From Candidatus Aenigmatarchaeota archaeon (GTDB lineage Archaea; Aenigmatarchaeota; Aenigmatarchaeia; CG10238-14): a DNA stretch of 64,000 bases. Under the pieces are notes generated by a model that worked only from the letters and a program-made list of their open reading frames with translations, searched no databases and was not told where the DNA came from. Shown piece after piece: positions 58,272 to 64,000 of the stretch. Location of the stretch: assembly GCA_018304545.1 (NCBI GenBank), contig JAGVVZ010000001.1:159495-223494 (forward strand). The letters run 5' to 3'. Each line of letters starts with the position of its first letter. Position 1 is the stretch's first letter. The translations under genes and the position numbers were made by a program.

Positions 58272-59678
58272 ATGGAAGAGGAAATAACTTATTCTAAAAT
58301 CGTCGACAAAAATCTGAAAAACAGTGTTATCGAGGGGGTTGGAAATTCTTGCAAGGTTGGATTCGGAGAATCTTACATAAGCGCATTTGCAATAAAGATA
58401 ATGAATGCGTCCAATTTTCAAATAGCTTTTTTAGCATCTATACCACGATTTGTCGGATATTTATCAGACTTATTCTCTACAAACTTGTTAGATAAAATAA
58501 AAAACAGAAAAAGGATGATATCTTTGGGCATTATCATCAGCGCGTTCATGTTAATACCAATCTTCTTGTCTGCTTTTTTGCCGAATTTCAGTGCTTGGCT
58601 TCTTATATTATTCGCGACTGTGTATTTTTTATCTGATTTCATAGTGGTTCCCATATGGATAAGCTTGTTTGGGGACATAGTGCCTGACAAGATAAAGGGG
58701 GAATATTTTGGGAAAAGGAACAGATATTTAGGAATAGCGGAATTTACATCATACTTTATAGGGGGCCTCATCTTATATGCGTTCGCCAGAATAAATTTGC
58801 TGTTGGGATTCGGCATAATATTTGGTTTGGCTCTAGTTTCAAGAATTGTATCATTCGTTTTTTTACAGAAAATATATGAGCCGGATTATACTATCCAAGA
58901 AGAAGATCCGTTCAGCTTTATGGATTTTTTTAAAAAAATGGGATCGACCAATTACGGTTTGTTCGTAATATATATATGTTTATTTACTTTCTCAGTTCAG
59001 ATAGCAGCACCTTTTTTTGCAGTCTACATGTTGAAGGATCTTAACTTTGACTTTTTAACGTTTACGATAGTTACGTCCGTTGCCGCCGTATCTGGGTTTC
59101 TGAGCATGCCGTTATGGGGAAAATATTCGGATGAATTTGGAAACAAAAAAATTCTTTCCGTTACGGGGATTTTGATCGGTTCAATCCCAATATTGTGGGC
59201 GTTATCTACAAATTTAATGTATCTAGTAATAGTAGAAGTTTTTGCTGGTTTTCTCTGGGCCGGATTCAATCTTTCCAGTTTCAATTTTGTTTATGATACT
59301 GTTTCGCCAGAAAAGAGAGTCAGAGCAGTATCATATTACAGGGTGTTATACGGCATTTCAATATTTGTGGCCCCGATTCTAGGTGCCTATTTGTTAAATA
59401 TTAAAATTACTTCTTGGAAACCAATGATCTTCATTTTGATACTTTCAGGTGTATTACGCTTGATATTCTCGCTTATATTTTTGCCAAAAATAAAAGAAGT
59501 TAAGCAAGTAAGGACTATATCCGAAGGCGAACTTGTATGGTCATTGCTAACTGTAGAGAGTATCAGGGGATTGATGCTGCCTTTAATGATAATAAAAAGA
59601 AATGCAAAAAAACCAAAAGAAGTGGTCGACAAGATAATAGATGAAATCAAACACGTCATGGAAAAAGCTAAAGAATAG
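58272..59678 (+). CDS. MFS transporter
   Basis: 12 TMs; WGKYSDEFGNK motif A. Confidence 0.92.
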   Translation: MEEEITYSKIVDKNLKNSVIEGVGNSCKVGFGESYISAFAIKIMNASNFQIAFLASIPRFVGYLSDLFSTNLLDKIKNRKRMISLGIIISAFMLIPIFLSAFLPNFSAWLLILFATVYFLSDFIVVPIWISLFGDIVPDKIKGEYFGKRNRYLGIAEFTSYFIGGLILYAFARINLLLGFGIIFGLALVSRIVSFVFLQKIYEPDYTIQEEDPFSFMDFFKKMGSTNYGLFVIYICLFTFSVQIAAPFFAVYMLKDLNFDFLTFTIVTSVAAVSGFLSMPLWGKYSDEFGNKKILSVTGILIGSIPILWALSTNLMYLVIVEVFAGFLWAGFNLSSFNFVYDTVSPEKRVRAVSYYRVLYGISIFVAPILGAYLLNIKITSWKPMIFILILSGVLRLIFSLIFLPKIKEVKQVRTISEGELVWSLLTVESIRGLMLPLMIIKRNAKKPKEVVDKIIDEIKHVMEKAKE

Positions 59679-59696
59679 TTGCACACTATAATAATT

Positions 59697-60452
59697 ATGC
59701 TTAGAGATGACCTGGTGAAGTTCCTTGACGAGTACTTGAAGATAAATGATATTGAAGATAGCAGTTGGAACGGGTTACAATTCGAAGGCAAAGAAAACGT
59801 GCAAAAGATTGCATCAGCGGTGGATGCCGGAATAGAAACTTTTGAAAGGGCATCTTCTTCAAATACTGATTTTCTAATTGTGCATCACGGCCATTTCTGG
59901 AAAAATGGTAATCCTTCCATTAATGAAAATAGCAAAAAGAGAATAGATATTCTATATAGAAATGGCATGTCTCTATATGCAGCTCACTTGCCTTTAGACA
60001 GACATAGAGAAATCGGTAATAATGTTTTGATACTAAAAATGCTGAATGCAAAAATAAAAAGTGAATTCGTATTCTCGAAAGATAAAAACATAGGATGGAT
60101 CGGAAAAACAAATAAACTAATGACGATGCAAGAAATTGAAAAAATCATTAACAACAAATTGAATACTAAATGCGTGTGCTTATCGTTTGGCCCAAAGAAA
60201 GTGAGAAGTGTAGCTGTATGTAGTGGTGGGGGCAATTACGATGATTTCTTTGAAGCTTTAGAGAAGAGAGTGGACCTATACATAACTGGGGATACTAGCG
60301 AAATTTATCATACTGCAAAAGATTACGGGATAAATGTTATATTTGCAGGTCATCATTCCACGGAAACAGTCGGAGTCAAAATGTTGCTGGAAGTGTTAAA
60401 AAGAAGGTTCAAGATTAAAACTGAATTCATAAATATAAAAACTGGGCTATGA
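59697..60452 (+). CDS. Nif3/YbgI dinuclear metal-centre protein
   Basis: NGLQFEG, VHHG, HLPLD.H, GH..TE. Confidence 0.93.
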   Translation: MLRDDLVKFLDEYLKINDIEDSSWNGLQFEGKENVQKIASAVDAGIETFERASSSNTDFLIVHHGHFWKNGNPSINENSKKRIDILYRNGMSLYAAHLPLDRHREIGNNVLILKMLNAKIKSEFVFSKDKNIGWIGKTNKLMTMQEIEKIINNKLNTKCVCLSFGPKKVRSVAVCSGGGNYDDFFEALEKRVDLYITGDTSEIYHTAKDYGINVIFAGHHSTETVGVKMLLEVLKRRFKIKTEFINIKTGL

Positions 60453-60456
60453 ATAC

Positions 60457-61059
60457 ATGATAAAGGTTGTTGTTTTTGATTTAGACTATGTTCTTGTCAA
60501 AGAGAATTGTCTTTTTAGCGAATTATTCGAAAACGAATATAAAGTTCCGCATGAAGAATTTTACGATGTAATGAAATCTTCCAAAATGCTGGAAAGGACA
60601 AAGAAGAACGGATCTAATTTCAACATATTTCACAACCTTTTAGAAAAATACAAAATAAAAATTTCGGAAAAGAATTTTTTTGATTTATGGCTGAATAATT
60701 TTAAAACAAAAAAAGATGTTGTAGATCTGGCAATATCTCTAAAGAAAAACTATAAAATAGCCGTCATTTCAGATAATTTTCTAGAAAAGACAGAATTTTT
60801 CAGGAAGAAGGTTCGATGGTTCAGAAATTTTAATTATTCCTTATTTTCTTCGGATGTCGGATATACAAAAAAATCTCCGAAAATGTTTTTGAAATTAATC
60901 GGGGATCTGAAGATTAAACCGGAAGAAGCTGTTTTCATAGATGACAATGAAAAAAACATCAACGTTGCGGGAAGCGTTGGTATGAACGGAATTGTTTTTG
61001 ATAATATAGATCAACTTAAAAAAGAATTAAAAATGGCTAATGTAAAGTTTCAGTCGTAA
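60457..61059 (+). CDS. HAD-family phosphatase
   Basis: FDLDYVL, ISDN, FIDD. Confidence 0.9.
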   Translation: MIKVVVFDLDYVLVKENCLFSELFENEYKVPHEEFYDVMKSSKMLERTKKNGSNFNIFHNLLEKYKIKISEKNFFDLWLNNFKTKKDVVDLAISLKKNYKIAVISDNFLEKTEFFRKKVRWFRNFNYSLFSSDVGYTKKSPKMFLKLIGDLKIKPEEAVFIDDNEKNINVAGSVGMNGIVFDNIDQLKKELKMANVKFQS

Positions 61060-61085
61060 TCAGGATATATACAATCCAACAAAAT

Positions 61086-61328
61086 TTAACGATTATCATA
61101 TAACGATATTTCTAAATAAGTTATATCATCTATTCTCATTTTACGCAATTGGAGAATTCTACCATCTTCTAAAACCCTGAAACCATAGAAAAAATTTTCT
61201 AATGTTAAATTATCTGGATGTTGAACAGTGACTTCTTTGTTTGATAATCCAGTCAAATAATGTTCAGTAATATTTTGAAGTAATATGTTTTCCGGACATA
61301 AGTTCAATACGTCACGAACAGTTACCAT
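61086..61328 (-). CDS. Hypothetical protein
   Basis: 80-aa ORF downstream of tRNA-Leu. Confidence 0.5.
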   Translation of the reverse strand: MVTVRDVLNLCPENILLQNITEHYLTGLSNKEVTVQHPDNLTLENFFYGFRVLEDGRILQLRKMRIDDITYLEISLYDNR

Positions 61329-61393
61329 AAAATGATATTATAATCTAATGTTAAATTAATTATGCTGAATAGTAATATTCGATACTCAAATAA

Positions 61394-61492
61394 TGCAGGA
61401 GGCAGGATTCGAACCTGCGAACCTACTAAAGGACAGGCTCCTAAGGCTTACGCATCATATCTGCGCCGTTGACCAGGCTTGGCAACTCCTGC
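61394..61492 (-). tRNA. tRNA-Leu(TAG) with 13-nt intron 61448-61460 (29/30)
   Basis: GCAGGAG/CTCCTGC acceptor stem; spliced arm CAGGC-CTTAGGA-GCCTG; GCGC/GCGT central helix. Confidence 0.9.
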
Positions 61493-61528
61493 ATATCATA
61501 GAATAAAGTGTATATAGAATTTAAAAGA

Positions 61529-62404
61529 TTATTCTCCCATTTCTATCTTTTGTTTATTGAACTCGGTCAATATGGAATTCCATATTTCAGAAATAATATG
61601 ATCTTTTTTCTGTATTTCCAGTATCCACGCATTAATTTCCATATGAATAGTAGTCTTGGTTGCATTTTTGATTAAAACCACTGGCCTCAGGGACTTCAAA
61701 TTCTTTGGGACTTCCAGAAATCTGGATAATCCCGGAATATTTAATAATCTATCTAAATTAGATTTCGTATCGCTTGAAACATTCGGCAAAATTTTGGAGT
61801 GTTTATCTAAGATGCTTAATATTATGTTTTCTACTTTTTGCAAGTCACTGTGCGGGGAAACTTTTACATTGAGCGCTATCATAACAAACTCACTTTTTGT
61901 ATAATTAGAAAGATTGGATGTTATTATTGTTGCATTAGGAACATAAACAACTTTCCCATCTAATGTTCTTAACGTAGTTCTAAAAAGGCTTATATCTTTT
62001 ACCCGGGCCAAACCAAACTGAGGGAAGCCGCCTACTTCTACCCAATCTTCCAGCCTGATTATTCTAGTTACAAAAATTATTATTCCTGAAATGATATTTT
62101 GAACCAGCTGTTGCGCAGAAAACGCCACGGCAATACCTATTAAAGTACCTGCTGCCAGTAACGCTGTAATATCAAATCCTAGGACATGAACTATGCCAAG
62201 GTAAAATCCGCCAACATATATAGCATAACTCAAAACCCTTCCTATTGTTTTGGATGTCCTCTTGTCTGATCTTTCATCCAGAAACCTTCTAGTAATCAAA
62301 TAAATCATGTTTCCAAACAATAAAGTAGCGAAAAATAATAGAAGAAAGGCTAAAAAATTGATCACAGGTACTTTTCCTATAAACAGAGATGATGCTTCAA
62401 CCAT
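61529..62404 (-). CDS. Small-conductance mechanosensitive channel MscS family
   Basis: AFSAQ..V.N.ISG, VYVPNA, NYT. Confidence 0.9.
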   Translation of the reverse strand: MVEASSLFIGKVPVINFLAFLLLFFATLLFGNMIYLITRRFLDERSDKRTSKTIGRVLSYAIYVGGFYLGIVHVLGFDITALLAAGTLIGIAVAFSAQQLVQNIISGIIIFVTRIIRLEDWVEVGGFPQFGLARVKDISLFRTTLRTLDGKVVYVPNATIITSNLSNYTKSEFVMIALNVKVSPHSDLQKVENIILSILDKHSKILPNVSSDTKSNLDRLLNIPGLSRFLEVPKNLKSLRPVVLIKNATKTTIHMEINAWILEIQKKDHIISEIWNSILTEFNKQKIEMGE

Positions 62405-62492
62405 GTTATTATTAGGTGTACAGGTATCTTAAATATTTTGGGGTTCTGTAATTACAATTCAAAGTTAAGATATGTTATCAACAGTGTTTTCA

Positions 62493-62610
62493 TATCACGA
62501 GTTTTATAGTTTTTGAGGTTTGGAAAAATATTGAATTTTATTCAACTAAATTTAAAGCTTCTAAAATAACAAACGATATTTGTATGTGAAAATTGTCGGT
62601 TTTCTGATGG
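62493..62610. repeat. 118-bp direct repeat, copy A
   Basis: Matches 63428-63545 with 9 mismatches and no indels (manual alignment). Confidence 0.92.
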
Positions 62611-62781
62611 TTTTTGGAATATGAGAAGCCTGAATAAGGTTGATTTCAATTAAAGGAAAATGAAGATGACTGTATTTTTAATGTGTATTATCACGGGTTT
62701 TATGACTCTTTTGACATTTAGAAAAATATTCGTGAGATGAAATATTAGCATGATGATCAAAACTTTAATTTAGTGATTTCA

Positions 62782-63135
62782 TCAATATTTTCTAATTCTA
62801 TATCTTTCAAGCTCTATGACAATTAACGATTTTATCAAAAGTTTGGTATCTATTGATTTTAGGAATTCATTAAGTATGGATGTAATCTTTGCTGAAGTGA
62901 AATGATAAGGTAACCTAAATATTATCAAGCCAATATTTTCTTTAATAGGGTATTCAACCATATTTCCAAAACCAAGATCTCTAGTTACAACTATCAGCTC
63001 GTTTTTCTTCGCGTATTCTAATATTTCCTCATCAGTATGCAAACCCAAATCTCTTACATCAAAACATTCATGATTATGACTTTCAATAGTTTTCTTCAAG
63101 GAACGTGGCAAATCAGCATCAATAATGAATCTCAT
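62782..63135 (-). CDS. PIN-like toxin (DUF5615 family)
   Basis: MRFIIDADLP, DEEIL, VVTRDLGFG. Confidence 0.88.
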   Translation of the reverse strand: MRFIIDADLPRSLKKTIESHNHECFDVRDLGLHTDEEILEYAKKNELIVVTRDLGFGNMVEYPIKENIGLIIFRLPYHFTSAKITSILNEFLKSIDTKLLIKSLIVIELERYRIRKY

Positions 63136-63356
63136 GCTTTCATCTTTAGTGGCTTAACTTTTTCGTGACTTATTATTGATGCGGCATATTCAATGACCGC
63201 TAGAATATCTTTTTTTGTCACACCATATTCCTTTTCTATTTCTTCATAAGTCATACCGCCAGCTAAAGAACCTAGAATCACATCTGCAGGAATCCTTGTC
63301 CCTTTAATAACAGGTTTTCCATGCATAACTTTCAGATCAATTTCTATTCTTCCCAT
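63132..63356 (-). CDS. DUF433 antitoxin
   Basis: HGKPVIKGTRIP, EIEKEY, DI.A...YA. Confidence 0.92.
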   Translation of the reverse strand: MGRIEIDLKVMHGKPVIKGTRIPADVILGSLAGGMTYEEIEKEYGVTKKDILAVIEYAASIISHEKVKPLKMKA

Positions 63357-63427
63357 ATCATCACTGATTTATTATCAATTGAAGTGTATTTAAAGGTTTT
63401 TTTGCTTCTTGTTAAACTATATTTCCG

Positions 63428-63545
63428 TATCACGAATTTTATAGTTTTTGAGGTTTGGAAAAATATTGAATTTCATTCAACCAAATTTAAAGTTTCTAAA
63501 ATAACAGACGGTATTTGTATGCGAAAGTTGTCAGTTTTCTGATGG
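63428..63545. repeat. 118-bp direct repeat, copy B
   Basis: Matches copy A at 62493-62610. Confidence 0.92.
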
Positions 63546-63843
63546 GTCTTGTATATGATTTAGCTGATAAGTTTTGGGATAGGAAAGTTGAATGATGATT
63601 AATTTAATGAAAGGAGAATCAATGCAGCTGTATTTTGGGTGGATTATGTCTTCACACAAGCAAGGAACTGGATGTAGAGGACGTTTAGAAGAACATCCGA
63701 GAGTGTCGTATCTGAATCACTCCAGAAGTGGGAAATATTTTGTTGGGGATATGATGTCAAGAAGAGATGTTAAGCTAGATCATCCGAAGGGATGTACTAG
63801 ACGGTACGTCCCGAAGAGTTGGGCTTAGTGAATCTTAACGCTA

Positions 63844-63999
63844 TTATTGTAATATAGTCACTTTTGCTTGACCATCTCCGTTACGTCCTCCTTGAGTATT
63901 ATTGGTGTTCGTGAAGGAGCCACTGATATAGCTTGATCCACCTCCACCACCACCTGAGTATCTATAACATCCACCACCACCCTGCCATGCACCTCCACC
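63844..63999 (-). CDS. C-terminus of a glycine-rich domain protein (PF12810/ALK-like); begins beyond the window
   Basis: GGGAWQGGGG..GGGGGGSSYISG..GDGQAKVTI*. Confidence 0.75.
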   Translation of the reverse strand, partial: GGGAWQGGGGCYRYSGGGGGGSSYISGSFTNTNNTQGGRNGDGQAKVTILQ

Positions 64000-64000
64000 C

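Noticed and set aside
62493-63545. 118-bp repeats as a DGR template/variable repeat pair
   Set aside because: Mismatches are not confined to adenines of one copy, both copies are non-coding, and no reverse transcriptase is in the window
63592-63828. 78-aa ORF or GGGATGTAC/GTACGTCCC hairpin as a gene or ncRNA
   Set aside because: No recognisable motif or SD; cannot choose between coding, structured RNA and noise from sequence alone

Overview
AT-rich archaeal chromosome segment, most likely a DPANN archaeon. An Aenigmarchaeota-like lineage is inferred from the protein styles, GGTGA Shine-Dalgarno motifs and intron-rich tRNAs, but this is not verified. The core is the S10/spc ribosomal super-operon, split between uS14 and uS8 into two divergent halves: uL3 to uS14 on the minus strand (23.5-12.3 kb) and uS8 to Cbf5 on the plus strand (28.8-36.6 kb). 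Many small orphan genes are inserted in it. Also present are lhr, an Rqc2/NFACT gene, scpB, serS, grpE-dnaK-dnaJ and five tRNAs, three of them with non-canonical introns. An ~7.6 kb island after tRNA-Glu carries nuclease-fold genes, an archaeosortase with a VPxxxP-CTERM substrate and an ABC transporter, and ends in an integrase remnant. Downstream lie an Ig-repeat protein, a type IV pilin-like cluster and a DUF433/PIN toxin-antitoxin pair between 118-bp direct repeats. Strongest leads: (1) tRNA-Ser(TGA) has a 7-nt anticodon micro-exon, and its second intron has box C/D-like architecture with a guide complementary to the 16S anti-SD; (2) a palindromic TTACTA-N5-TAGTAA site is shared upstream of three dispersed orphan genes; (3) the three-gene archaeosortase module; (4) apparent AUA start codons. 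All family calls come from motif recognition by eye; no searches were run.
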